64,000 bases of DNA from the human T2T-CHM13v2.0 reference genome, Homo sapiens. The stretch lies in NCBI RefSeq assembly GCF_009914755.1, contig NC_060944.1; one strand, written 5' to 3'. A program made the position numbers and the translations under genes. Shown here piece after piece: positions 42,590 through 58,045 of this stretch. The number at the start of each line of letters is the position of its first letter. Within the stretch, counting starts at the first letter, position 1. Below the pieces are notes generated by a model, which was given only the letters and a program-made list of their open reading frames with translations, searched no databases and was not told the origin of the DNA.

Positions 42590-43447
42590 CTAAGAGGTTT
42601 CTAGAATCACCCCCACTTTACATATGGGGGAACTGAGGCTCAGAAAGTTTAACTCACTTGCCCAATGCCATGTAACTAAAAAGAACCAAAATTCAGACTC
42701 AGACAGTCTGATTCCTGAGCTTGTGTTCTTTGTCACTACTGAACACTGTGTCTCTTAGACTCTTCTGGATTTACTCTTCAAACCTGATTAAATTTTCCAT
42801 TTCTTAAAGACTAGAAAAAAATTCAAAATGGAATTATGGGATAGAAAAGCAAAATGACATCTCCTGGGCTGCACCAAAAATACAAGGGAGAAGGGCAAGA
42901 ATAGTATGCCGTATCATTTAAGGAGCCAAGGTCATATATTCAACAACCAGTTGGTTGTCCCACATTTTAGCATTCTTTCCCTTAACTTTTCCTTGTAAGA
43001 GAAATCTGTAAGGCAGAAAAACATTCTTAGTAAGAAAAAAATAAAACCCTGATTTGGGTTATGAAAATGTAGCTGCTGTAAACCCAAAGAAAACATGTCA
43101 GTTCAACTCCACCTAAGATCGTTTTATGCCCCAGTATAAATTCTAACATGAGCTTCAGGAGTGGTATGTGAATCTTGTTTTTGTTGTTGTTTTTTCTTTT
43201 TTCTTTCTTTTTCTTTTTTCAGATTCATGGGTCTCTTGAAGAGCTAGTCATCCTAGCCTATTAATAATTTTAATCTTAATTTCTTTCCCACTTCTCCTAC
43301 TCTCTCCAATAATGAAAAAAATAAGACCTTAGCCATTTGTTTCCCAAAAACATGGAGCCTGTTTCATGACTATTGGGAGCAGATGTTAACATACATCCCC
43401 CAGGAGTCAGTGCAGGTTTGAAACCATAACAGGAGCAGACAACTTAC

Positions 43448-43778
43448 CTCCAGCAAGGCTATTAGGTACAAGGGGTCAGAGAGATACAAAACAGGTATTC
43501 CCACTGGCCACCCTGTCCCTGAAATGCCTCGCCTTCCGTCTACAACCCCAGCCTTCCACAGGGCTCATCATCCTTCACGAATGACCCCCAATCTTCTCCA
43601 AGTAAATGATTTGAGTTTCTCTCATACTTTCTCAGTGCATGTGACAGTTTAAGGGAGGTTACCAAGAAAAATTCTTCCATACCCAAGACAATTCTCCCAC
43701 TCACACTTCCATACAAGCACACAAATGACCTCATGGTTTTTGAGGAAGGTCAGCTCATGTTTCGGAGTCTAATAATGC
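43448..43778 (-). other. candidate 331-nt non-coding exon
   Basis: minus-strand acceptor cccctccttgctcttgctttag|g and consensus donor gag|gtaagt. Confidence 0.3.
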
Positions 43779-44099
43779 CTAAAGCAAGAGCAAGGAGGGG
43801 TGTTGTGGCTGTCAGAGGCATGGGAAACCACAGCTTGTTCAGGAATCCTCAAAGGGCATGTGCTGGAGCTTTTCAGGATTGAGGACCAGAATCCACATGG
43901 TCGAAGACAATCTCAATTTTGTATATCTTTGTAGCTTTAGGGTTTTGAACACTTTAGCTTCCCAGGAAGATACATGAGAGGAAAGGTTCGCAACAAGTAT
44001 TGAATGAATTAATGTATGAAATGAATGAATTCAATTGTTTCCCCATCCATGATAAGTACAAATTACTTCTTCCTCGAAGACAACCTGATGTTGATGTTT

Positions 44100-44635
44100 T
44101 TGAGGTCAGGCAGCCCCTTTGTCATTTACAAACAACAGACTTTAATCTCCTCGAGCTTGTTTTCCTTACCGGCACAAAGAGCATTATAGTCTCTATCTCA
44201 AAGAACCTTGTGAATATTGAAGGGGCTCTATACATATAACTACCTGACACACAGAGGTGCTTAGTAGTTGCTAGTTTACTTTCCCTCTTTGCCTTCTCCA
44301 TGTTATCTGAATTCCCTAGTCCATAATCCTGGTTCCACCAAGCCAAGGTCAGTGCCTTGGGGTCCTGTGCCAGTTTCTGACCAGGAAACACTATACCATA
44401 GAGTCCTCCAGATCGCAGGCTCTGAAAGCCAACTTTTTTCACTTGAATACCAGCTCTATCCTTACTAGCTGTGTAACTTTGGGTAAGTTACTTCACCTCT
44501 CTGAATACCTGCTTCTTCTCCATCTTTCAGATGGGGACAATAATAGTACTTACTTTGAAAGGATTTTGTGGACACATGTAGAGTTTAGAATCATGTCTGA
44601 GCTGAGAACTGCTCAAAAAGTGTAACTGGTATTAT
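44100..44635 (+). mobile_element. two MIR fragments
   Basis: tttaatctcctcgagcttgttttcc; cttactagctgtgtaactttgggtaagttacttcacctctctg. Confidence 0.7.
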
Positions 44636-46254
44636 GACGTCTATATAAGTCTACTCTACGTGAAATGTGAACTTCTCAAGCCAAGAACCAAGGTTTCAAT
44701 CCCTCAGGCCCACAGCAGATATTTTGTCATCTAGCCTGACTCTCTAGGCACTTTCTGCTATTTGAGCAAAGGCTAGCTTGCTCTCCTTACCCTGTACTGC
44801 CCACCATCTCATCTTTCCAAACCTCAGAGAACTTGGGAACTTTCTGAGCAGGCCCAGGAGTTTGGGAAGTGCAGCATCTTTGGAGCACATAGCAAGCCTC
44901 TGAGGCCCCTCTTCAGAATCCCAGGCCTTTGGGAAGCACACAGTGAGGCCTTCCTGCAACACACTCTCCTCCTGTTAATGAAACCCTTAGTTTGGGTCAA
45001 GTTTCATGTGGAATTCATGACATTTTTAGCTTCATGACAATGCCTGAACCTCACCTCCACCCCACCCCATTTTTCTGTGTGTGTGGTTTTTTTTTTGGTG
45101 AATGGGTGCATGAAGGGCACAATAAGGTTTATTAAGTAAGAGACAGAAATGCTTGCAAACCTTTACTGCTCCTCCCAGGCCCATAAACAGTTCCTCAATC
45201 CTTCTTTGCAAGGTAATAAAACCTGGTGGGAGGTGAACTCTGGGACCCATGGGGTAAGGGTGGGTTTGCTTCCAGCCTGAGGCTGAACCCCAGGGTGAGC
45301 CCATGCAGCCTCCTTCCCTGCTCCATCCTCAATGGGAGGGAAGTAAAGGGAGAACCCATAGAGCTGAGCTGCTGGAAACCCAAAAAGCCTGCACCCCCTC
45401 AGATTGCCTGTAAAAAGCAGAGAAGTGCAGATCTCAGAGAGGCTAGAAGCAGCCTGGGGACCCAAGAGGAACCTCGGGAAACTCTGCAGTCAGAGGCCCT
45501 TCATGAGGAAAAAGGCAGTACAGAGCAGAGGAGAGATCACAGAAAATGAGCCAGAGTGCTGTGTTCTGATGTGTGCTCTGATGCTTACTGGTTAAGGGGC
45601 CCTGAGCGAGTTCCCTGACCTCTCTCATCCCGTTTCCTCATCTGCACATGGGAATAATGAGATACTGGGATGTATGCATGAGGTCATCAATGCAAAGCAA
45701 CTCACACTCTGCCAAGAAGGACCCAGGAGAATGGCATGGCAAATCATTACTTAAAGAGTGGGTTCAACACACAAGGCCTGAAGGATTATTGACATGAAGC
45801 TATGTGGAGTTAACGATAGCAACCAGAGAAGTTACCCGCCACATGTATGTTTTGGTGATAGGCTTGCCATCTTCTCAGAGAGCCCAGAAGAAGGCATAAC
45901 CAGGAAAAGCCCTCAAGGATATTGGCAGACATCAGGGGTGCTAAGAAGATGGGCCAGAATCTCTCCAGGGGTTGGCACCTGAGGAGTCCACCTGTCATTG
46001 CACTACCAGCTTCCTCTTCTGGCTTGTGCGCAGAATCAGGTGGCCCTGATTTTGCCCAGTGATCATCCCAAGCCCAGAGCCAGCAGTGCCTGGACCTGGG
46101 CTAGGATGGACTTGTGACCTGTAACCCTGTGGCATGCAAGACAGCATATGATGATGCACTGTAGCAAGGAGGGATATAGAGATCCATGTCTGGGCTCAAA
46201 AACACATTGGCACAAATAGAAAATGGGAATTGCGTTTTAAGAGTCACACTCATA

Positions 46255-46585
<331 letters not shown>

Positions 46586-47718
46586 TCATCAGTTATGTCT
46601 TTTATGACACTTGACTGAGTTAGGTTTTTTACCTTCAATCAGTTAAATTTCCATTTGTAAGGCATGTTAACAAAACCACATTTCATTTCAAACATTCAAG
46701 GGATTCTCTAATAGATCACTGGTGTCTTCCTTTTGGAAAAGTTACAAGAATGTGCACTCCGCCCAGTTGAAAGATGAAGCTAAAACCAGAACTAAAAATT
46801 GATGAAAAAAGTCCGCTAGGGAGCACTGAAATCAATTAAAATACAGGTAAGATTAAATCGTTATTTTAATCTTTGTAATAAAATCATGTGCCAGAGTCAA
46901 TATTTTGGAGAAAGTCAGTATTTAAAGTAAATAACAACAAAACAACAGCAGCAATGCTAATTATATACCAATATTTTGTATCTAAAATTACAGAACCTGT
47001 TAAAATACTGCAACATGGAAGAGGAAAATGGTAGAGAAGAAAGTAAAAGTATGATAAAATTCTTAAGCAGGAAGAGCTGAGTTTAATGCTGGATACATAA
47101 ATTATAAAACAATAATAATAATAAAGAATATAAAGGTATTAAAAACACCCCACAAAAAGCAAGAAACCCAAGGAAAAGATAAGGACATGTTAAAATAAAT
47201 TTTTAATCAAGGTGATAGAAGAGTGAACATAAGAGTTATAATTTTAGATATATCTGTAAAATATCTGAAAAAAAGATTCTTTAATCAGAATCAAAACTTA
47301 AACAGTCCTCAAAATTTTTGAAACTGAATTATCAGTTAAAATAAAATTAAGAAGTAAATAATAGTCACACTACTTGTATCAGACAACAGATTAACTTGGA
47401 TAGAAAAACCCACTTTCAAATAGTAAAACCCCAATCCACAAAGAAAAAATGAGAAAAAGATGCAAGGAATAATAATAACAAAAAGTTAAGTGTTCATCTC
47501 TCAGTTTTTAAATTATAGAAGATTTTATTTTCTTCATTTGGTTTATCTGCATTTTCTACATTTTCTTCAGTGTACACAGCAGAAAAAGAGTTATAACTTT
47601 CCCTTTATTACCCTCTCCATTTCCAAATAAGCAAATGCAACTCAGGTGTCATCTCTTCCTGGAAAAGCCCCTGACATTACAACCCCACTCCTAAATGAGC
47701 CCTGTGAGGTACCCTTCT

Positions 47719-47916
47719 CAGGGATGTGCCAAGCCAGCCCCCATAAACTAGAGAGCAGGGTATGCACACCTCTTCCCAGCTCCATGTGCAGCCACGTCAG
47801 GTTAGTAGCTTGAAATCTGCCAGGGTGGAAGCATTTACACCATGGGAATCAGTAGATGCTACAAATCAAGATCTCTCCCACCTACAGCCGGTTAAATATT
47901 TATTAGCACATCACTG
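47719..47916. mobile_element. MER63 (hAT-Blackjack)
   Basis: gcacacctcttcccagctcc...gtagcttgaaatctgcc...catttacaccatggg...tgctacaaatca...tagcacatcactg. Confidence 0.8.
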
Positions 47917-48315
47917 TTTGTGTTTCTAGAAATCTGTGCATGTCCTTCCATAATTTTTATCATCTTGCACTACAGCGTTTAACTTGCTTTTTTCTACCAC
48001 AAATTCATGAACACCTAAGAGGCAGGACATTTCCTATGTTATCTCTCACCCACACCACGGCACCTAGCACATAGCTGGTGGAAGGAAAGAGAGAAAAGAG
48101 GGAAGGGAGGGAGAAGCCAAAGAAGGGAGGGAGAGAGAGATAAGGTAACTGCTTTCTTCCTTCAAATGTAATAAAATTGGCTAATTATTTATAAGTATCA
48201 ACCACAGCCCATTCTTTGGAGCATGAAATTTTTCCAACTATCACCAAGAGAAAGATCTAGGTTTGCTTGCTCCTGATTTCTAAGAAGAAGAGGGCTTTGC
48301 AAAGCAGCCCCTTAC

Positions 48316-48611
48316 CTCTGGAACTTCCAGCCAGACTAGAAGGTAGAATGGGGCTATTATTGAAAAGACATTCCTGAATACAAATTAGCATAGCAAATCC
48401 AAGTTTTGCTTAGGACATTTCCTGGAGATTAACAATTTTCAATCTGTTTCCTCATTCAGCACATGGGAAACATGAGAACTCTCCCCTCACTATACCTTCT
48501 GTCATTTCATCGAGGACCAAGTATTCAGAAAGGGCACCATAACCATAAAGTACTTGAAAAGTGTACCTATTTGGTTCCTCCTCACTTTCAAAATGTATTG
48601 GAATCTCTTTC
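48316..48611 (-). other. candidate 296-nt non-coding exon
   Basis: minus-strand acceptor ttttttttgtttgttttcag|g and donor cagag|gtaagg. Confidence 0.3.
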
Positions 48612-48999
48612 CTGAAAACAAACAAAAAAAATCATTTTGCTATTATACCCTAATAGGTATCTTTTTGGTAGTAGCTTGTTCATGCTTATTAAGATTAGGT
48701 ATTATAATATCGTCATTAATATAAACTCCTCTTCTCCATGAATATGTAGACCCATAACAGAAGAAGCAACAGAGGCCAAAATCCTCATGAAATTAAACAA
48801 AGCAAACCATAAAACAGTGGGAAGCTCAACCGGCTTAGCCAGTTTTTCTGATACATACTAGATATAACCACTGAGCTGTTATTTCCATTGTCCTATTCAA
48901 GTTCCTTCAGGTTATGTGTGCCAGTATGTGTGTATGGCAGCACTGCATAGAGGAGAGAAGGAAATGGAAACCACTAATTATTGAGTAGCTACTGGACTC

Positions 49000-49650
49000 A
49001 CTCACTGGCTCAACAAATATTGACTGAGCGATGTGCCAGCACTGGCTCAGCCCCTGGGGATACAAGTGAATGAGACAAACTTTTAGAGTATGCAATCCAT
49101 TGGAGAAATGGGGCAGAGCCGTAATAAGAAACACATAAACAACATAATTACAGATTTTAAAAGTTCTAGTAAGAAGTGAAACAAAGTGTTGTGATGCACT
49201 GTAAAGGGAGAGGGATGTAGTATTTAGGAGGAACAGGAGAGAGTTCTCTAAAGAGGTGACATATAAGCCAATACATCAATTAAAGGATAACAAGAAGTTG
49301 GTTAAGCAAAGGTCCAAGAGAGAAGCATTCCCAGCAAAGGAAACAGCAGAGGCAAAGACCTTAAGGTACAAAAGAACTGAGCACATGCAAAGATCATAAA
49401 CGAGGTCAGTATGGCTAGAGAGGCTGAGCAAGAATGAGTGTGGGAAATAAAGTTAGAGAGGCATTCAAGTACTAAACATATAGGACATTATAAAGAGTTT
49501 AGATTTAAATGTAAGTGCAATTGAAGCATTTGAAGCAGCAAAGAGATATGGGCTGGGTTCAATAAAAGTTTTCATCTGTATATTATATGAAGAGTGGAGT
49601 AGAGGGTGCTTGGATAAGAGCTGGGAGACCAATTGAACTGCTGCATGGAC
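49000..49650 (-). mobile_element. L2 (L2a-like)
   Basis: caacaaatattgactgagcgatgtgccagcactgg...ggggatacaagtgaatgagaca; agcattcccagcaaaggaaacagc. Confidence 0.8.
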
Positions 49651-50910
49651 TTCCTTTCATCATATTCTGGGATTTGGAGGCAAAAAAAAGAATTTAGTGC
49701 ATGTTCACTGAATCCACTGTAAAGTTTTCAAATTTGAATCCATTTGTCCAAAGGAAACATTCAGTATCTTCACGCCTTTCTCATATGTCTGGCTGTGAAA
49801 TCTTGGGCAAATTACATCACCTCTCAGAACCTCAGTGTCTTCATTTGTAAAAGTAGTTTAGCTGAATCTTCCAGAGTATCCAGTAAATGTTATACTCCTT
49901 AATTTCTTGGAAAGGAAAATGACTCAGATCTACTGGAAATAGACCAGGTAGCTCCAGGCAGTTCCCTGGGCCAGGACACAGCCAAGCTTGGGTGGAGCCT
50001 CAAAGGGGCCAGGGTGGAGACCAAGAGAGGCCTAGATACCTGATTATGCATGCAAAGTCCCACATCCTAGACACAAACCTTCAGCTCAGGAATGTGGCTT
50101 AGGCGGGGCTTGCTAGCAATGGAAACAGCAGAGAGAAAACCAGGAGGCACTAGAAGAAAAAAACAAATTAATATTTAAATAATTGTAGGTTGGAGAGATG
50201 TTGCTAAATTAGCAAGCAAAGGCAGAAAGCATGAAGGCAAAGATTGATAGAATTTATTTCATGAAACATCCAAGGCTATCTTAGAAATCAAAAATAAAAT
50301 CATGAATAACCCAATTAAAAATGGGCAAAAGACATGAACAGGTATTTCCTAAAAGACTGAGTGTTTCTGTTACTCTGGAGAACCCAGACTAACGCATAAA
50401 CAACAAAACAGTGTGTTAGAACCAAGGATCATGATTAATCAATTCTGCGTACCTGAGATCTGAACAAGAAGAAAAAATAAGAAAGAGGAAAAGATAAACC
50501 CTTGCAAATTGTTAAACAGTGTTAGTAATCAGGAAAATACAATTCAGGACAACTATGATCTACAATTTTACACACCCTCAACTGGCAAAAATTGAAAGTT
50601 TACAATACTAAATTATGGAGAGGATTTAGGTCTACAGAATTTCTTACACACTGCTGGTGGAGCATGACATGGTATTACCACTTTGGAAAATAATTGAGTA
50701 GTGTCTTCTAATAGTAAACATTTTTATTGTCTATGACCTAGCAACTCTACTCCTGGATGCAATAATACACATATATCAAGACACATAGCCGGGAATGTTT
50801 AGAGCTACAATGTTTACAGTAGCAAAACCCTAGAAACCACTCAAATATCCATTAATAGATATTCACAAATGACAGACGCATGATATATAATATGTAAAAA
50901 TGGTATATTT

Positions 50911-51237
<327 letters not shown>

Positions 51238-51472
51238 TCACGCATCTGTCAAAATGAATTAAGCACAATGATGTTACAAGTAACCAAGTGATAAATTTTA
51301 GCAAAATTACATTAAATGAAAAGACTACCAAAGATTGCTCACAAGTTCTTTAAGTTACTGGGAAAGTTATATATTTTTATATCACAAGTAGTTATATGGG
51401 TTTTATGTAAGTAAAAATTCATTGAACTGCATACATAATGTTTTGTATATGTTATTTGTATGTACATTATAA

Positions 51473-51874
<402 letters not shown>

Positions 51875-52128
51875 TAATAAAACTAAATAAAAATGAATTC
51901 AGGATGATAATGACCTCAGAAGAGAGAAGGTGAGAATGGATTGAAGGGGGAGGACCAACCATGTTTATATATGGCTTCTTGTGAAGAGACTAGCTGAATT
52001 GGGGAAGGAACTTCACAGATGTCTATTTAATAATGTAATAACATTATTAAAATTGCTAAATTAAACAAAATTACAAACACAGGCAAAACAACTAAATAAA
52101 AGGAGGCTGTGATAGTTAATTAGGAAGC

Positions 52129-52781
52129 TGTGATAGTTAATTTTATGTGTCAATTTGACCAGGCCATGGGATGCCCAGATATTTTGTTAAATATTACTTC
52201 TGGGTATGTCTGTGATGGTGTTTCTGGACGAGATTAACATTTGAATTAGTAGGCTGTAAAGAAGATCACCGCCCTCAATGCTCAATGTTAGGTAGACCTC
52301 ATCTAATTCGTTGAAGGCCTGAATAAAGTTTGTGTAAGAAAGTATTTTCCCTGTGCCTGCCTGACCTCAAGCAAAGACATTAGTGTTCTACCTTCAGACC
52401 CAGACTGAACCACATCATCAGCTCTCCTGGGTCATCAGCTTACCAGCTGCAGATCCTAGGACTTCTCAGCCTGCATAATTTTTTGAGCCAATTTCTTATT
52501 TTAGATAGATAGATAGATAGATAGATAAAATAGATAGATAGATCAATAGATAGAAAAATGGAAATATATGTATCTTAATAAATATAGAGAGAGATAGATG
52601 GATATATAGGCTATATAGATAGGCATAAATAGACATGAAGATAGATGCAAAGATACACACAGATATATGTGTGTGTATTTGTATATATATGTGTGTATAT
52701 GTGTGTGTATGTATATTTACATAAACACAACCACAAACATATCCTATTATTTTTATTTCTCTGGAGATCCCAGACTAATAC
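52129..52781 (+). mobile_element. MLT2 (C/D-type) ERVL LTR with internal (TAGA)n/(TG)n
   Basis: tgtgatagttaattttatgtgtcaatttgacc...gagattaacatttgaat...ctctggagatcccagactaatac. Confidence 0.88.
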
Positions 52782-53239
52782 GAAGACCATGTATGAACAA
52801 CAAAACTATGTGTTAGAACCAGGGATTATAATTAATCAACTCTGTGTACCTGAGTTCTGAAAAAAAATAACAAGAAAGAAAAAAAGATACGTTTTACTAT
52901 GGGAAACAAAAACAGAATAAAAATTCTAAATCAAGTGATAAACGTAGAAGAAACATTTTGGTATCTATACATGTCACAGAAAAAAAGTTAATACTTTGAA
53001 CATATAATGAGGAATTCCAAATTGAAAAGGAAAAAGCAAACCCTTCAATTGATAAAATGTGTAATACACTTGATCAGAATTTTTTTAAGTAAAATGTAAA
53101 AGGCAAAGAGAAAATGTTAAAGTTTACTTAGAAACAGAACAAAAATACCTTTTTTACATATATCTGAATATCAGGAGCCAGATTTTTCATTATTATAGAA
53201 GTTTACAAATATAAAAATGAAAATATTAGTGTTTGTACA

Positions 53240-54420
53240 CCTAAAAGGCCTCTATACCCACAGTATTCAGATCTTGGTTTCTAAATACTATTCTCCTTTA
53301 AAGTATTGAGGACTTGTTGGAAAATAGGCAGACTCCAGGGATGAAGCAGAAAAAAAATAGAAGATAACTCTGAAACATCATGTTGCATCAGGAAAGAAGA
53401 AAGTGTTCAAAGAATGATAGGGACATATCACAAAGATATGGACGCCAGCTTGAAGAGACTCCCACTAGCAACATCTAGGACAATTTGAGCACCAAAAATG
53501 GATGATAATCCAGTCAATAAAATAAGAATCTAGGAGTCTGTGATAATGTAAATAATCAATTAATCAATTTGAATGAAGAAGAAAGTCTTCCTTACAGAAT
53601 ATTGCCAACTTATAAATGTAAGAAGAACAATAAAGTTAGAAAATTATTGATAAATGCTAGATCTAGGGGTTGAATGTTTGATGAGAAACAGTGTATTGTA
53701 TAGTCTCAAATAATTTACCTACAAAGGGAACACCAGTGGAAAACCAGTAAACTTATAATGGAGAATCAGACAGATACCTACTGAACCAAGTGATCAAAAT
53801 TAATACCTCTAAAAATGGACAAATAAATATCATCACAACATTACTCCTTTAGTTTTTCTGCCAAAAAATGCATAATCTGAGTCAACCATGAAGAAACATC
53901 AGACAAACCCAATTTTAGGGACATTCTACCAAATATCTGACTTCTACCCTTCATAAATATCAAGGTCAAGAAAGGCAAATAAACAGTTTCAAAATAAAAA
54001 AGACCAAAGAGACATGACAATTAATGCAGTGTGTGATTCAAGATTAAATCTTGGAGGGGAAAAAAACAAATCATTAAAAAGAATATTAGACAATTGATGA
54101 AATATGAGTATGGACTGTAGGTTAGATAACAGTATTGTATTAATGTTAATGGTTAGGTAAGAGGAGTGTTTTGTACGTTCTCAAGTATTTAGTACAGGGG
54201 CACACTGTTTCTAAATTTTGTTTCATACAATTCAGGAAAAATTTATATAAATAAGATAGAGTTAGAAATATCAGTGTTATGTGTAGAAAGAGACAGGCAT
54301 GTATAATGATTATACACACATACATGTACAACAAGTGAAGACAAATGTGAAAAGGAAGCATTGATGAATCTATATAAAAGATATTCAAGTGTTCCTTATA
54401 CTCTTATTGCAAAATAAACA
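53240..54420 (+). mobile_element. L1MC3/4-type 3' UTR
   Basis: cagatcttggtttctaaatactattctcc; gaaacatcagacaaacccaattttagggacattctac; gtatggactgtaggttagataacagtattgtattaatgttaat. Confidence 0.8.
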
Positions 54421-54886
54421 GTTGCTTTACAATATTTACATACACATATATATAAACAGCTATACTCTAAGTAGGTGGGAATTCAAGGAAGTAGGTACTA
54501 TAATATACTGCCAGTGGGGAACACGTAAGTGGGTATTACTTTTCTAAATGTGGACAGTTGGCAATATAAATCAAAACCAATAACTTTGACATGGCAAAAT
54601 AGAATTATGGAGATGGATGTGCATAAATCCAGAGCTACAATTCTCATAATACTGGAAATCTAGGAAGTCTAGAGATAACACAAATGACCAATAAGAGGAA
54701 ACCAAGTGAACAAATTGTGGAACATCCATTTAGTGGAATAAGGATACAATCCTTAAAAGTTTTAGTGCAGAAAGCTATTTTATTACATAGGAATTTTTAT
54801 ACACTATATTAAGTGAAAAAAGCTAGTAGTAAAAAAGAAGGATGTGTAATTTGAACCAATTGTGCAAAAAAAAATACATATTAAGG

Positions 54887-55283
54887 TAGAAGACATTATT
54901 GGCCCTAGTTCTTGACTCCTTTCTGGATCTACATCCTTTGCCATTGACTTTGGAGTTAGTAATGGGCCTTGCTTTGACCAACAGAATGGGGCTGAAATGT
55001 GTGTGCACCAGTCCCAACCCTAGGTCATAAGTGCCCTCACACATTCCCACTCATTCTCCTGCATTTCTGCCCATCTCCATGAGAAGAATATAACTGGACT
55101 GGTGGCTTTCATTCCCAGGAGGAAAATGAGAGCCCCTTGGAGTAGAGCAGATCTACACAGCCAAGTCCAGCCTAGGTCAGTTAACCCCTAGCTGCCCCTT
55201 AGATTCATGAGATTAAGTGACTGCTGCATTAAGGCCTGAGATGAAGATGGCAGCATTTTCTGGAAATAGCTGATTGCTGTATA
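54887..55283 (+). mobile_element. MLT1I/H2-type LTR
   Basis: ttgctttgaccaacagaatgggg; ccatgagaagaatat; gccaagtccagcctaggtcag. Confidence 0.65.
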
Positions 55284-55914
55284 CCTGAGGTACACACCTC
55301 AAAGGCTTTTTAAGGGCTACCTCTGGGTTGCATTATTACAGATTATTTCTATTTTCTTTTTATATGGTTTATCTATATTTTCCAAATATTTGAACTGCAT
55401 ATGTATTGTTCTTGGACTTTTTTTAAAAATGACCTACAAAATGATGACAAAAGTAATTCTAATGAGCTCAAGTTCAGTGGATCTCAAAGGATTCCTGGAA
55501 AATGAGTTTCAACACTCAAAGAAATAGATAGCTTCAATTTATTAAATGTCCATTATAACCCAGGCACTTTAATAAGCGCACCCTCTTTTTTTGGAGGGGG
55601 TTGCTTCACTATCCACAAAGCAAAAAAGTTATATAAGATGATTTCCATTTTAGAATTGAGAAAACTGTGAACATATAAGTTGAGTCAGATGCCTGAAGTT
55701 ACTCAACTATAAAGTTTCAGAGCTGGAATTCAAACACAGGTGTGCCTAATGTGAATTCACCATCCCTGATTGATACAGAGACCTCTCTTTTCCCTGATCC
55801 AGACAGAATTCTGCTGTTGAGCTTAATAACTCAGCCCTCTATGGGGTCCTGAATGTGCAGCATTGCTCTGTTACTGTGAAATTACCCACACTATACACCC
55901 ACCTCCCATAAGGT

Positions 55915-56420
55915 GGGATAGTAGGTTAAGAAAGCTGCAAATTCTTTGCCACTTTTCCCATTCATAGGTGGAATCTAATTCTCCTGCCTTTGAATGTGAG
56001 CTGGCCTTAGTGACTTGCTTTACCAACAGAATGCTGCAGAAATGAAGACCTGGGCTTCTGTGATGTCCTAAAAAGATTTTGAGCTTCCACTTGACCACTT
56101 GGAACCCCATCCCCTAACTCTGAGGAAGTCCAAGCCACCCTTTGAAGAAGCCCACATGAAGAGAATTGAGTCCCCCAGCAGACAGCCCCTGATCAGCTTC
56201 CAGCACCAAAGTGTCAGTCCTGTGAGTGAACCATCTTGGAAGTGAATACTTCAGCCCCAGCCCCAGTTAAGCTGCCCCCAGCTCATATCATGAAGCAGAG
56301 AGGAACTGACTCACCAGGCCTTGCCTCAATTGCTGATGCATGAGCAAAATGAAAAATTACTGTTGTTTGAAGCCATTGAGTTTGGTATAGTTTGTTGTGT
56401 AGCAATATATGACTGAAATA
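55915..56420 (+). mobile_element. MLT1G/H-type LTR
   Basis: gctgcaaattctttgccact...ggccttagtgacttgctttaccaacagaatg...gtgagtgaaccatcttggaagtg...agcaatatatgactgaaata. Confidence 0.8.
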
Positions 56421-57179
56421 GTATCCTTTTTTTAAGTGATGAAGGTAGGGAGGAACAAAGGAAAGGGGGGAGGGAAAGAGGAAGGGAGGAAGGGAAGAAG
56501 TATTTGTCACATCATTTCATGGAGAAAATTGCATAAATAAGTAAAATTCTTAGTAAGCAAATGCACCCTGACTCCTGAGCCTCAGTGAAGGGTGCAGTTC
56601 TAGCTCAGCATCAGGCTCCTCTGAGGCTGCTCTCCTTGTCAGCAAAATCAGATTGGTAAAGAGCCTGAAGTTACTGATGCAAACCTGCATTTCTTCAGGC
56701 AACTGCAAAAGCAATGTCCACAGTAGAGAGGCAAAAGCTATGTTTATGCACTTTCCTGTGTATTTATTTATCCTGGCACAGGAATTTTCAAACTTGTCAT
56801 TTTAAACCCAAGGAATTTTTCATCCATTTTGGAATTTCAATCACCATGTTACTGAATAAAGGAGATGATGTAGGGACAGCCAAGCTCTTCTGAGTGGCAC
56901 AAATCTAGTCCCTGGTGACCTGCTGCCAAAAAGCATTCAACCAAAGGAAGCTAGACCCTGGCCATGAAGTGGCATTCTTGTGCAAGATGCTTATCTGAAT
57001 GGCGGCATGCTTCTTGCCCTTGAATTGTGATTAAATCTTGATAGAATAGACTCTTCTCTCGGGGTCTCTAATTTCTAGAGTGGTAAACAGCACCTAAAAG
57101 TCCATCTGGTCCAGACACCTGACTCTAGGCTGAGAAATAAATAAATGCTCCAGGACAACTTGTATACCAGTCATTTGCC

Positions 57180-57600
57180 CATTTGTTCTCAGATCTCAGA
57201 CCCTTCCTCTGCTCAGCTCTATATTGTATATGGCTGAGTTCTTAAAATTACATTCCCCAAATCTCTCAAAACTGGCTTATGATTAGGGATGGCCCACCCT
57301 AATCAGAGGTACTGGTGGAAGACTGAAGAAGAGGAGGAAGGGAGAAGCCAGAGTATCTTCCCCATCATTCTTTGACTTAGGCCAGTGACTGGAACTCTCC
57401 TGGCTCCCATTGGTGCAGGATGGATTTAGCTCCCAGGCTCCCAGGCTCTGTTAGCTCCACCTCCTCCCCTCTGCACACACATCCCAAGTTTAAGCTATTG
57501 ATTTCTTACTCCTGATGTTCTGGTGCCAATAATCATGTTTCTACCACTGATTTCTTAGCTTCTTCTACTCCAGATTAAATGTTTCCAATTCCATCCCATA
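57180..57600 (+). mobile_element. LTR33-like ERVL LTR, possibly inserted in an L3/CR1 relic
   Basis: aaattacattccccaaatctctc; ggaggaagggagaagccagagtat; flanks 57070-57170 and 57690-57850 loosely resemble antisense CR1. Confidence 0.55.
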
Positions 57601-57944
57601 CTTTAAAGCTGCTGAGGTATCTTACAGGATAAAGAAATCCTCATCAGTCTACCCTCCTTCAACCTGGTACAATTATGGATCCTTCTTATCCATGAGCCCA
57701 GCTCGTCCAGAATCTCATGAGGTCATCAGGGCTTGGATCTGAGTTCTTTCAGTTAGTATGTACTTAGCTCTCAAAATGCTCCATTTTAGAGTTAAGTCTT
57801 CTTCTGTGGGTAAGCAACTCCAGGTCAACTTACATAAGTCCCTGAAAGTTTTGGACTGTGCTGTGTATGTATTTTTATTGGCAGCACCCTGCCACCATCA
57901 GGCATAGAAGGAAAGCCCCGGTCCCATTCACTCTTCCCCCTCCC

Positions 57945-58045
57945 AACCATTCATCCATCCAACCATTTATCCACCTTTCCTTCATTCCATCCAACCATCC
58001 ATCCATCCATCCATTCATCCATCCATCCATCCATTCATCCATCCA
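57945..58045. repeat. (TCCA)n simple repeat
   Basis: ccattcatccatcc...atccatccatccattcatcc. Confidence 0.9.

Noticed and set aside
45032-45628. Cluster of overlapping ORFs on both strands
   Set aside because: Explained by locally higher GC and fewer stops; no recognisable protein similarity
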